From a virus (Duplodnaviria > Caudoviricetes): DNA of 52,659 bases. Below the pieces are notes generated by a model. It was not told where the DNA came from. It searched no databases and saw only the letters and a program-made list of their open reading frames with translations. The DNA is taken from IMG/VR virus record IMGVR_UViG_3300020042_002183, positions 1 through 52,659 of that record; one strand, written 5' to 3'. Made by a program: the position numbers and the translations under genes. Numbering within the stretch: the stretch's first letter is position 1; every line of letters starts with the position of its first letter. Below are positions 27,812 to 34,713 of this stretch, in pieces.

Positions 27812-28041
27812 GCTTGTCCCCTTGCTCGGATTTTGAATGCCATATCTTTTATATGCCCGTCAGTAACTATGTAGTCGTAAACATAGTCACACATCTTTGC
27901 ACACGCCTCACGCTCCTCATCCACCCCAAGTTGTTTTAGCTTGTCGCACAGCACGTGAAAGCCAACAAGGTTGATGTCGCTATCCCAGCCTTTCACTTTG
28001 CAGACTTGCAGCAAATCGTGTTTAATTTCATCCTGTGTCAT
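27808..28041 (-). CDS. Hypothetical early protein
   Basis: MTQDEI...EEREACAKMCD...IRARG. Confidence 0.7.
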   Translation of the reverse strand: MTQDEIKHDLLQVCKVKGWDSDINLVGFHVLCDKLKQLGVDEEREACAKMCDYVYDYIVTDGHIKDMAFKIRARGQA

Positions 28042-28244
28042 GCGTCCGCCCACTTCTGTTCAATCGAACACCACACCACACGGCAACCTTCAGTGATGCA
28101 ATACCCGCCCACAACATCGTCAAGCTGCCCACCAAGTCGGTAGTAGCTGTCCTCTTTGAAGGCCATGAGTTCCTCACCAGCAGCAAGCTGCACAGTGATA
28201 GTGCGTACCCCGTCCTTGCGCGTGTAGTCTTTAACGACTTTCAT
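28038..28244 (-). CDS. Hypothetical protein
   Basis: Start MKVVKDY at 28244 with ATGA coupling. Confidence 0.6.
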   Translation of the reverse strand: MKVVKDYTRKDGVRTITVQLAAGEELMAFKEDSYYRLGGQLDDVVGGYCITEGCRVVWCSIEQKWADA

Positions 28245-28516
28245 ATCAGTAAGCTCCAAATCCAAACGCCAGTGAAAAACGCCATTGCAAAGAACACCAT
28301 CAGCACTGCCATAGCAGCACCAATCATCAGCCGTCCCACTGTGTGCCATGTATCTGGCACTGGGTCTATGTCGGCTGGTACTGACGGATACGGCTTGACC
28401 TTACGGATGGCTGGCTCCCCCGTATCGAGAGTAGCGTTGGTGAAGTCACAACCCCACATGCACGGGCGTTTGTGAGGGCAAATAGCCCGCCCTGTGTCGC
28501 AACCCTTATCCATCAT
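28241..28516 (-). CDS. Hypothetical membrane protein
   Basis: Cys cluster at N-terminus, C-terminal TM helix. Confidence 0.65.
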   Translation of the reverse strand: MMDKGCDTGRAICPHKRPCMWGCDFTNATLDTGEPAIRKVKPYPSVPADIDPVPDTWHTVGRLMIGAAMAVLMVFFAMAFFTGVWIWSLLI

Positions 28517-28776
28517 GCTTTCCTCGCTTTCAGCATTGCGTCTGCCATTGCATAGCTCTCTTCGGCAATAATTGTTGGTGTGCCGCCGTCGTTATTCGCA
28601 ATAACGAGGCCGTGGAAATTAACCCCCTCAGAGTGCTGCAACACCCTACCCGTCTCAGCAATCAAAGACTGCATCGCCTTGGACGCAAAGTAGTCGCGCA
28701 GAGTCATGCCGTCATAGAGCGGATTTTCAATGCCGGGGTGGCATGGGAACGCTGGCCCACCTGTGTCGCAGTTCAT
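28513..28776 (-). CDS. Conserved small phage protein
   Basis: GGPAFP...GMTLRDYFASKAMQ...YAMADAMLKAR family motif. Confidence 0.8.
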   Translation of the reverse strand: MNCDTGGPAFPCHPGIENPLYDGMTLRDYFASKAMQSLIAETGRVLQHSEGVNFHGLVIANNDGGTPTIIAEESYAMADAMLKARKA

Positions 28777-28985
28777 GTCGGCTCCTTTGGTTCGTCAATC
28801 GCCAGATATGCTTTCAAACGCTTGACTCGGTTTTTGTTATAAGCAACCATTGCCTGCGCATACTCCACACCAGTCTCGGCCTTTAACAAATCGTGCTCGG
28901 CATGGATTAGTTCATGCGCTATCGCCTGTGCTGGTGTGACGGTCTTGATCATCAGCTTGAGTTCTGTCCATAGGTACTTAAACAT
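28773..28985 (-). CDS. Hypothetical protein
   Basis: 70-aa helical ORF with GAGG RBS. Confidence 0.7.
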   Translation of the reverse strand: MFKYLWTELKLMIKTVTPAQAIAHELIHAEHDLLKAETGVEYAQAMVAYNKNRVKRLKAYLAIDEPKEPT

Positions 28986-28992
28986 GCTGGCC

Positions 28993-29127
28993 TCACTTCA
29001 CAAGAACGTCAAAGAACAACAGCAACAGGATCACTCCTGTGCCAACCAAAACGATAGCCCCCAATACGCTAATCAACAATGATCTGGCTTGATCATGGTT
29101 TTGCTGAGTAAAGTAGGTCTGTTTCAT
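28993..29127 (-). CDS. Small membrane protein (44 aa, not in ORF track)
   Basis: MKQTYFTQQNHDQARSLLISVLGAIVLVGTGVILLLLFFDVLVK; GGAG RBS. Confidence 0.6.
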   Translation of the reverse strand: MKQTYFTQQNHDQARSLLISVLGAIVLVGTGVILLLLFFDVLVK

Positions 29128-29129
29128 TT

Positions 29130-29411
29130 TTACTCCGATAACTCAACGGCCAGAAGTTTGCTGATGCGCTCATTGATCTCATCAACGGACTTCTGGAAGT
29201 CAGCCATGACTTTTTGCTTCTGCTTCTCCAGCGCAGCAATCTGCTGGGCGCGGGGGTCGTAGTCTTCAGGGACTTCGATCTCAATCTCCTGCTCACCTAC
29301 ATAAGTCTGGTGCTCAGAGTCACTTATCTTGCCGTACATAACCAAAAATCTGGCTGTCTCCTCCCAAGAATATTGCTGGTGATAAATGTGGACGGTGGTT
29401 TTGATTTTCAT
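29130..29411 (-). CDS. Hypothetical protein
   Basis: 93 aa, AAGGAG RBS. Confidence 0.75.
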   Translation of the reverse strand: MKIKTTVHIYHQQYSWEETARFLVMYGKISDSEHQTYVGEQEIEIEVPEDYDPRAQQIAALEKQKQKVMADFQKSVDEINERISKLLAVELSE

Positions 29412-29426
29412 GGTGATCTCCTTGGT

Positions 29427-29708
29427 TTAATAATCTTCGCCAGCACGGGCTGGTGCCGCACCCAGAAACTCTGGGTTGTATTCATCGCTGTAGTAACTCT
29501 CAGTGAACGGGCCTGTCAACTTATCCGCAAATTCGGTGACATACTTTTCTTCTTGTTCGGTAAGAATGCAAGTCAAGTCCATGTCGATCTGATAGCCAAA
29601 AGCATCGCCACTGCAATTAAGAATGTGCATGTCACTGATACCGTGCTGAATGGCGCGGCGCACTGTTTCTATGACTTCCAATTTGTTAACGAAAAAATAT
29701 TGTTTCAT
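29427..29708 (-). CDS. Hypothetical protein
   Basis: Start MKQYFF at 29708 after AAGGAG. Confidence 0.7.
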   Translation of the reverse strand: MKQYFFVNKLEVIETVRRAIQHGISDMHILNCSGDAFGYQIDMDLTCILTEQEEKYVTEFADKLTGPFTESYYSDEYNPEFLGAAPARAGEDY

Positions 29709-29737
29709 GGTGTTCTCCTTGTGCAATGTGTTGCGGG

Positions 29738-29986
29738 TTATGAGTGCAGTTCCAAAGCCTTTTGCTTGATTTCTTTCAGATAGTGAGCGCCGTAAATGCT
29801 TTGGCCTTCACTGGTCACAAACTCCCACCACTGCGATGGTGTCCCACGCTTCAGGTCGTATTGCTTGAAACCATTGCGCTCAACACGCAAATATCCAACC
29901 ACCGAGCCATTGCTGGTCACTCGGTATTCACCAAGGTGTAGGTCTCTGTCAACCCACGGCTTGAGTTTTATGAATTTGACTTTCAT
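29738..29986 (-). CDS. Hypothetical protein
   Basis: Start MKVKFIKL at 29986 after AGGAG. Confidence 0.7.
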   Translation of the reverse strand: MKVKFIKLKPWVDRDLHLGEYRVTSNGSVVGYLRVERNGFKQYDLKRGTPSQWWEFVTSEGQSIYGAHYLKEIKQKALELHS

Positions 29987-30023
29987 ATCGTTCTCCTGAT
30001 GGGGGCCGAAGCCCCGTTGGTTA
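29982..30023 (-). repeat. Stop-hairpin-RBS-ATG intergenic repeat, copy A
   Basis: TAACCAACGGGGCTTCGGCCCCCATCAGGAGAACGATATGAA; 37/42 identical to 30441-30482. Confidence 0.85.
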
Positions 30024-30314
30024 TGCTGATGCCGTCTCAATCTCGCCAATGGCACTGTCAATGCTGTCCACAGCGCTCTCTAGCTCACTCACAGCGTTCT
30101 CCAAAGCGTTAGCGGCCTCTTCCATAGCCTGACCCTTGTCGCCGTTTTGAAGACCTTCTGGCAGGTTGTCAAACTTCTCACGCTCCTCGTCAGCCAGCGA
30201 TTGAATCTCGTCTTTGATGGACTCGTACTGACTGCGGATGTCGTCGAGCTGGCCCTTGAGGGATTCAAGGGACTCGTTGAAGTCAGCGAGGGTCTTGCGG
30301 GTTGCATTGTTCAT
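30021..30314 (-). CDS. Acidic helical-hairpin (WXG100-like) protein
   Basis: 97 aa, 24 D/E vs 8 K/R; DEEREKFDNLPEGLQNGDKGQAM turn. Confidence 0.75.
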   Translation of the reverse strand: MNNATRKTLADFNESLESLKGQLDDIRSQYESIKDEIQSLADEEREKFDNLPEGLQNGDKGQAMEEAANALENAVSELESAVDSIDSAIGEIETASA

Positions 30315-30445
30315 GCCGCCACCTGCAATGCGTCACGACGTTTCTGAGCCAGCCTACAAGCGGCAAGACCAACATAGCCATTGCGCTTGAGCCAACGCTC
30401 AAACTGTTCGTCTGACAGGTTGATAATTTTTTGTGTGATGTTCAT
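30311..30445 (-). CDS. Small hypothetical protein (44 aa, not in ORF track)
   Basis: MNITQKIINLSDEQFERWLKRNGYVGLAACRLAQKRRDALQVAA; AGGAG RBS; ATGA overlap. Confidence 0.65.
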   Translation of the reverse strand: MNITQKIINLSDEQFERWLKRNGYVGLAACRLAQKRRDALQVAA

Positions 30446-30482
30446 AGTGTTCTCCTAATAGGGGCCGAAGCCCCGTTGATTA
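30441..30482 (-). repeat. Stop-hairpin-RBS-ATG intergenic repeat, copy B
   Basis: TAATCAACGGGGCTTCGGCCCCTATTAGGAGAACACTATGAA. Confidence 0.85.
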
Positions 30483-30755
30483 ACGTGATGTAACTTTGAC
30501 AGAGAACACAGCAGTGATGCTGGTGTACTTGGCAAGCACCTCTTCGGTGATGCCGAGGTCGGCGTACAGCTTCTTGCTGTCAACCACCTTGCGGTTGCAT
30601 TCGACATAGGTGGCCTTGAAGAGGTTGCCCTCAACAGACACGCCACCGTCTTTGATGACATCCTTGATGGCATCGGCTTGTTTGGTCAACTCAGCAATCT
30701 GAGCGAGGATGTGGCCGAGGGCATCGACTTGGGTCAGGGGCAGATCGTTTTTCAT
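30480..30755 (-). CDS. Hypothetical protein
   Basis: 91 aa, first gene after an AT-rich promoter-like region. Confidence 0.75.
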   Translation of the reverse strand: MKNDLPLTQVDALGHILAQIAELTKQADAIKDVIKDGGVSVEGNLFKATYVECNRKVVDSKKLYADLGITEEVLAKYTSITAVFSVKVTSR

Positions 30756-30799
30756 TTCGGTTCCTTTGTATCGTTCCTGCGTATTGCAGTGAAGATAAG

Positions 30800-30814
30800 T
30801 TTAACTGAGTTAAA
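30800..30814. promoter_or_regulatory. Palindromic operator-like site
   Basis: TTTAACT-G-AGTTAAA perfect 7-1-7 palindrome in the intergenic region heading the early gene cluster. Confidence 0.55.
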
Positions 30815-30852
30815 GCAAAGAAACCGTCCAAGTCGAAAATAAATGTAGGGAC

Positions 30853-31140
30853 TTACCCTAAGTGCAACAGTTTTTGTACATCGTCCAGCAAATCGTCCTC
30901 GTCGTACCCGTAGCGCTCAGGGAAGCCCTTGGTTCCCAGCCCATGGAAGCCCGTCTTGCCTCTGTGGTGCTCAGGACACAGGGGAATGACTTCCATGTGG
31001 CTAGAGCGCCTTCCAGCCCCCGTCCCAGCCCTTTTGTGATGGAGTTCAGCAGGGGTTCCCTCGTACCCCATGCGCCTGCAAACCAAACATCCAAGCTCCG
31101 CCACCCTTGACATGTACCGCTTCTCGGCCTTGGTGGTCAT
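30853..31140 (-). CDS. Ref-like (recombination enhancement) HNH nuclease
   Basis: Start MTTKAEK at 31140; VAELGCLVC...PAELHH.R.G.G.G.RSSH..VIPLCPEHHRG. Confidence 0.8.
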   Translation of the reverse strand: MTTKAEKRYMSRVAELGCLVCRRMGYEGTPAELHHKRAGTGAGRRSSHMEVIPLCPEHHRGKTGFHGLGTKGFPERYGYDEDDLLDDVQKLLHLG

Positions 31141-31481
31141 GTCACAGCTTTGTCGATGGCCCTGTTGGACGCTTCCTGAGACCGCCAGACATCGATTCGG
31201 GCTTGGGCGGCTACCAGCATCCACCGCAGGTACTCCTCGGCCTTCACGGCCTCTCTGATGGCCTCCAGATGGGCTTTGTAGGTCGGGTGGCTGTACGCCT
31301 CCCTCTCCTGAGCGTTGACGGCCTCAAAGCCTTGGGTAAGGGCATCCTTGCATAGCTCTGCCTTCAGGGTCTTGCGGTACTCCTCCATGTAGGTCTTGTC
31401 AGCCCTAGCCTTGGCGTACTCCTTAGCCTTGAGCACCATGTAGTCGATGGAGTCGTGCGGGTCAATTGTACGATCACTCAT
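31137..31481 (-). CDS. Conserved helical hypothetical protein
   Basis: EREAYSHPTY...ARIDVWRSQEASNR. Confidence 0.75.
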   Translation of the reverse strand: MSDRTIDPHDSIDYMVLKAKEYAKARADKTYMEEYRKTLKAELCKDALTQGFEAVNAQEREAYSHPTYKAHLEAIREAVKAEEYLRWMLVAAQARIDVWRSQEASNRAIDKAVT

Positions 31482-31879
31482 GCCAACACCTTGACTCGGC
31501 CATCACGATAGGTCAATTTATTTCCGATGCGGCTTGGGTGATCCTCGTGGTGCTCTGCTCCATTGCGGATAAGTTTGATCTTTAACTCCGACCCATCGTA
31601 TGGCTGGTGAATGATTGCGGCCCGGTGAGATGACGGCAGCTTCTCCTTAACCGCACCCAGTTCGGCAAGCTTGTCCCGCCCTAGCTTGGTCAGCGAAATC
31701 ATCCCGCCCTCGTTGTTTGCCAAACCATCCCGCCACAAAGGCTCTGTCACCGCCTCGTTAAACCGAACAATCGACATGTGGGCAAGGCTTGTCCTAAGCT
31801 GCTCAGGCGACCTCGGGAAGCGATCCAACGACTGCATGGCCCGATGGATTAAAGAGTTGCGGGTGTACTTGGAATTCAT
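31478..31879 (-). CDS. Hypothetical protein (winged-helix-like)
   Basis: Start MNSKYTRNS at 31879; ISLTKLGR wing-like motif. Confidence 0.6.
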   Translation of the reverse strand: MNSKYTRNSLIHRAMQSLDRFPRSPEQLRTSLAHMSIVRFNEAVTEPLWRDGLANNEGGMISLTKLGRDKLAELGAVKEKLPSSHRAAIIHQPYDGSELKIKLIRNGAEHHEDHPSRIGNKLTYRDGRVKVLA

Positions 31880-31901
31880 GTTTGTCTCTCTTGTTAAAGT
31901 T

Positions 31902-32252
31902 TCACTTAAATTCGGCCACAAGTCGCTTTTGACTTGAGCCAGCAATGCGGTAAATGATGATGGGCTGGAAGTGGCAATCATTGACCCCCAGCGCGTCGGC
32001 CATGCCGTCCAGCCCAGCCTTGGCGGCGGCAAGGCAGTTGTCAGCGTCCCTACGGCGCTTGTCGGTCATGTAAAAGGTGACGGTCAGGTGTAAGTCGCCA
32101 CCAGCGTGTTTCCAGCCTCCTGCCTGTTGTTTGGTGAGCCAAAAGCTGTTTTCCCGGTACTTGACCTTGTCGGCATGGGTAACCCCCCAGTGCTTGCCCT
32201 TAGAGCGATTAGGGAACAGCTTAGGCGGCGGAAAATCAAGTTCTATGATCAT
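31902..32252 (-). CDS. rusA: RusA-family Holliday junction resolvase
   Basis: DKRRRDADNCLAAAKAGLDGMADALGVND catalytic motif. Confidence 0.85.
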   Translation of the reverse strand: MIIELDFPPPKLFPNRSKGKHWGVTHADKVKYRENSFWLTKQQAGGWKHAGGDLHLTVTFYMTDKRRRDADNCLAAAKAGLDGMADALGVNDCHFQPIIIYRIAGSSQKRLVAEFK

Positions 32253-32530
32253 TTGAGCGTTGCCTCTTTTCTCATGCGTGTGACCAAGTCGTCAAGGGCA
32301 GGCTTGCCCCGCCTTTTCTCGATGTCATGCTTTACGCCATCCCACCACGATTGCGTGGCTAATCGGCCCAGTGCTCCAAGCTTCTTGTTGTACCTTGAAA
32401 TCCACTCCCTCGCCTCGCATTGGCGCATATGCTGCAATGTCTCCTGTGAGACGCAAACATTCGAGGGTGCAAGCCTCGGAGTGGGAAGAGCCTTCCCTGA
32501 TTTGATCGAGGATTTTGTTGGCTTGCTCAC
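32249..32530 (-). CDS. Hypothetical protein
   Basis: HMRQCEAREWI...IEKRRG...L; true start may be further downstream. Confidence 0.6.
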   Translation of the reverse strand: MSKPTKSSIKSGKALPTPRLAPSNVCVSQETLQHMRQCEAREWISRYNKKLGALGRLATQSWWDGVKHDIEKRRGKPALDDLVTRMRKEATLK

Positions 32531-32537
32531 GATTCAT
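32325..32537 (-). CDS. Hypothetical protein overlapping the previous ORF
   Basis: MNREQANKILDQIREG...LRLTGD, amphipathic and protein-like. Confidence 0.5.
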   Translation of the reverse strand: MNREQANKILDQIREGSSHSEACTLECLRLTGDIAAYAPMRGEGVDFKVQQEAWSTGPISHAIVVGWRKA

Positions 32538-32937
32538 CGCTCTTCACCTTCTCGCCAAACGAGCGGCGCAACTCGGCCAGCTTTGCCAGCGCTTCGCTCT
32601 TGATGATCTCGGCACGAGCCGTCTCGTACTGGGTTGGCTGCTTGGTGATCATGGTGTGCGGTTTCTCAGGAATCCTTGGCCCACTGTTGCAGGTCAGGCG
32701 GAAAGCCACCGCCGAAGGAATAAATGTCGGCGGAAGGTGCTCAACAGCGTAGATCAGGCTGGGCTTATAGGTCAAGAACCGACCCAACTCTTTGGCCCAG
32801 ACATGGCGCACAAGGCTTGGGTCAATGTTTTCCCAATGACGGGAGAACGAAGCACCGTAGACAGCCCCCATGTAGCCGAAGATGTAGTCCAAGCCCTCTT
32901 CTATCGAGCAGAAGTCAGTTTCCGAGTAGTTTGACAT
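32527..32937 (-). CDS. Replication protein P-like (helicase loader)
   Basis: Follows the initiator; YGASFSRHW...WAKEL...IPSAVAFR..C pattern; GGAGG RBS. Confidence 0.55.
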   Translation of the reverse strand: MSNYSETDFCSIEEGLDYIFGYMGAVYGASFSRHWENIDPSLVRHVWAKELGRFLTYKPSLIYAVEHLPPTFIPSAVAFRLTCNSGPRIPEKPHTMITKQPTQYETARAEIIKSEALAKLAELRRSFGEKVKSDES

Positions 32938-33652
32938 TGTTGCCACCTCCAACTAAACCACGAGTCAATCCCTGAAGGACGGTTGAATTTCGGTCACCCT
33001 GAGTCTTGAACGAAGCCTCTTTGGCCTCCTTGGCCCACCAAGCCGCTTTGAATGCTCCCCAGCCCCGCAGGCAGCACTCCTTGATCATTGCGTCAACAGT
33101 CAGGTCAGTCTTATGGCATTCAGCCATCATTTGTTTCCAAGCTGTCTCAGTCAACGGCAGCTTCTTGGCCTTCCTGATCTCCAACCAATCACTCCACACC
33201 TTGGCATCAACGCCCGAAGGGCAGAGCACCGCAGGTGCTTTCTTCTGTGTCTTGGGTAATGTGTCTTGTGTCTTGGGTAATGTGTTATGTGTAGCATTGC
33301 GATCGGATTGCGTTGGCAATGCGTCCGCATCATCTTTTCCCTTATGCCACCTAGCCTTTGCGCTTTCGGATGCCTTGCGAGACTTTTCCCCTGTCTTTTC
33401 AATCTCCTTACTGATGCGCTCTTTCCACCATCCGTCCGCTGTACAAACGAAGAACTCGCGCAGTACGGACGTAATGCAATCGCTATGCGGACGCATGCGG
33501 ATCAGCTTGGAGATCTGATCGATGTCGTCAGGCAGGGGGCGCTCGTGAAGGTAGCACCAGTCGAGCATGCGCCGATAGGCGAGGTCTTCCAACGGGTCGA
33601 GGTGAGCCGTATGCGACTGGTAGTCGCCAATGTTGAACTGGTAGTAGTGCAT
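32915..33652 (-). CDS. Replication initiator, DUF1376/YdaU family
   Basis: MHYYQFNIGDYQSHTAHL...EDLAYRRMLD.CY..E.PLP N-terminus; W.DW...RKAKK..LT C-terminal domain. Confidence 0.88.
   Translation of the reverse strand: MHYYQFNIGDYQSHTAHLDPLEDLAYRRMLDWCYLHERPLPDDIDQISKLIRMRPHSDCITSVLREFFVCTADGWWKERISKEIEKTGEKSRKASESAKARWHKGKDDADALPTQSDRNATHNTLPKTQDTLPKTQKKAPAVLCPSGVDAKVWSDWLEIRKAKKLPLTETAWKQMMAECHKTDLTVDAMIKECCLRGWGAFKAAWWAKEAKEASFKTQGDRNSTVLQGLTRGLVGGGNNVKLLGN
33246..33287. repeat. 21-bp tandem repeat x2 inside initiator (candidate origin iterons)
   Basis: TGTGTCTTGGGTAATGTGTCT / TGTGTCTTGGGTAATGTGTTA in the linker region, as with lambda ori inside gene O. Confidence 0.6.
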
Positions 33653-33662
33653 ATCAACCTTA

Positions 33663-33739
33663 CTTCATAGGTACGCTTCACCGAAAGAAACATTGGCAGG
33701 ACGGTGAAGGATCGTCTTTTCGGGAGCTACCCTAGCCAA
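33663..33739 (-). ncRNA. Structured 5' leader of the replication initiator
   Basis: TTGGC/GCCAA closing stem, GGG-TAGCT-CCC and GACG-loop-CGTC hairpins; CTTCACCG complementary to downstream CGGTGAAG. Confidence 0.55.
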
Positions 33740-33752
33740 GTTCTAAATTATC

Positions 33753-33956
33753 TTACACCAAAAACTTATCAGGACGCAACTCGTGCCGCATGACCAAGCC
33801 CTGTGTCGCAAGCTCAATGCTGATTGCCAACGACTTGGATGCCCTACGCTTGCCATGGATCAGCAGGGAAATGTAGGTCGCAGTGATGCCGAGATGCTCT
33901 GCCATCTCAATCTTTGAACCCCGTGGCTCTGTTGCGAAATACTCTGCCAATGTCAT
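33753..33956 (-). CDS. Cro/YdaS-like HTH transcriptional regulator
   Basis: EMAEHLGITATYISLLIHGKRRAS...IELATQGLV.RHELRPD. Confidence 0.85.
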   Translation of the reverse strand: MTLAEYFATEPRGSKIEMAEHLGITATYISLLIHGKRRASKSLAISIELATQGLVMRHELRPDKFLV

Positions 33957-33969
33957 GCCGTCTCCTTGT

Positions 33970-34046
33970 TGGTTGCAGGGGGAGGATTTGAACCTCCGAC
34001 CCTTCGGGTATGAACCGAGTGCTCCACCAGACTGAGCTACCCTGCT
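33970..34046 (-). tRNA. tRNA-Met (anticodon CAT), CCA encoded
   Basis: AGCAGGG TA GCTC AGTCTGGTG GAGC A CTCGG TTCATAC CCGAA GGGTC GGAGG TTCAAAT CCTCC CCCTGCA A CCA; 77-nt cloverleaf. Confidence 0.92.
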
Positions 34047-34052
34047 GCCCTG

Positions 34053-34119
34053 ACTATAACATGGTTAAAAAGCAACATGGATAAAAATATTTAACTGTGT
34101 TTGATTTTTGTGGTGTAAT
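34053..34119. promoter_or_regulatory. Divergent promoter region with operator-like boxes
   Basis: Rightward TTAACT-17-TGTAAT (34091-34119); leftward extended -10 TGnTATAGT (34053-34061); AAC-N3-GTT boxes. Confidence 0.55.
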
Positions 34120-34152
34120 ACGTCTACGTCGATACGACGGCAAGGAGAAAAC

Positions 34153-34350
34153 ATGATGACCACGACACCGCTTGTGAACACAAGCATCGACATGGACGAC
34201 TTCAAGTCCTACCTCAACAGCGTAGACACGCTTCTCATCCTCACCAAGTCCAGCCGTGTTGATCCCATAGAGCTTGAAAAAGTCAGGGTAGCAGTAGCTC
34301 ACGACACGGCGTTCTTTTCCGAACTCATCAAACAAGCAGAGGCCGCATGA
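34153..34350 (+). CDS. Hypothetical protein
   Basis: ATG at 34153 after AAGGAG. Confidence 0.7.
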   Translation: MMTTTPLVNTSIDMDDFKSYLNSVDTLLILTKSSRVDPIELEKVRVAVAHDTAFFSELIKQAEAA

Positions 34351-34664
34351 TCCCACTACGAGCGAAATGGTTCAACACCAAAACGGGCATTGTCGGCATC
34401 GTGTATGCCCAAGATGAATTTGACCCAGAGATCAAAGAATTTTTTATCGGTGTTGCTCAAGGAATTCACGAGCCGATTGACATTGCAAACATCGCCAATG
34501 TTGGGGCACTGTTCCCCGAAGACATCGGCAACTTACTTTTTGGAATCACAGATGACGACACAAGCCCAGCAGGAATATCAGGAATGGCAGAACAACCCCA
34601 AGCTCCAGCAGGAGTACCAACAGTGGAGACTAAAAGACGACCTAGAAAATCTAAAGCGGATTGA
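34347..34664 (+). CDS. Hypothetical protein
   Basis: 105 aa; WFNTKTGIVGIV...FFIGVAQG..E..DI..IA..GA.FP. Confidence 0.7.
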   Translation: MIPLRAKWFNTKTGIVGIVYAQDEFDPEIKEFFIGVAQGIHEPIDIANIANVGALFPEDIGNLLFGITDDDTSPAGISGMAEQPQAPAGVPTVETKRRPRKSKAD

Positions 34665-34713
34665 CCCCAACTTTCAAAACCAGTTCAACCAAATTTTTGG
34701 AGCAGATAAATGA
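34552..34713 (+). CDS. Small hypothetical protein overlapping the previous gene's tail
   Basis: MTTQAQQEYQEWQNNPKLQQEYQQW...; stop overlaps the SSB start (ATGA). Confidence 0.5.
   Translation: MTTQAQQEYQEWQNNPKLQQEYQQWRLKDDLENLKRIDPNFQNQFNQIFGADK

Noticed and set aside
33970-34046. tRNA as attP or prophage boundary
   Set aside because: No integrase or host genes are present; the tRNA is full length with its own promoter-like -10.
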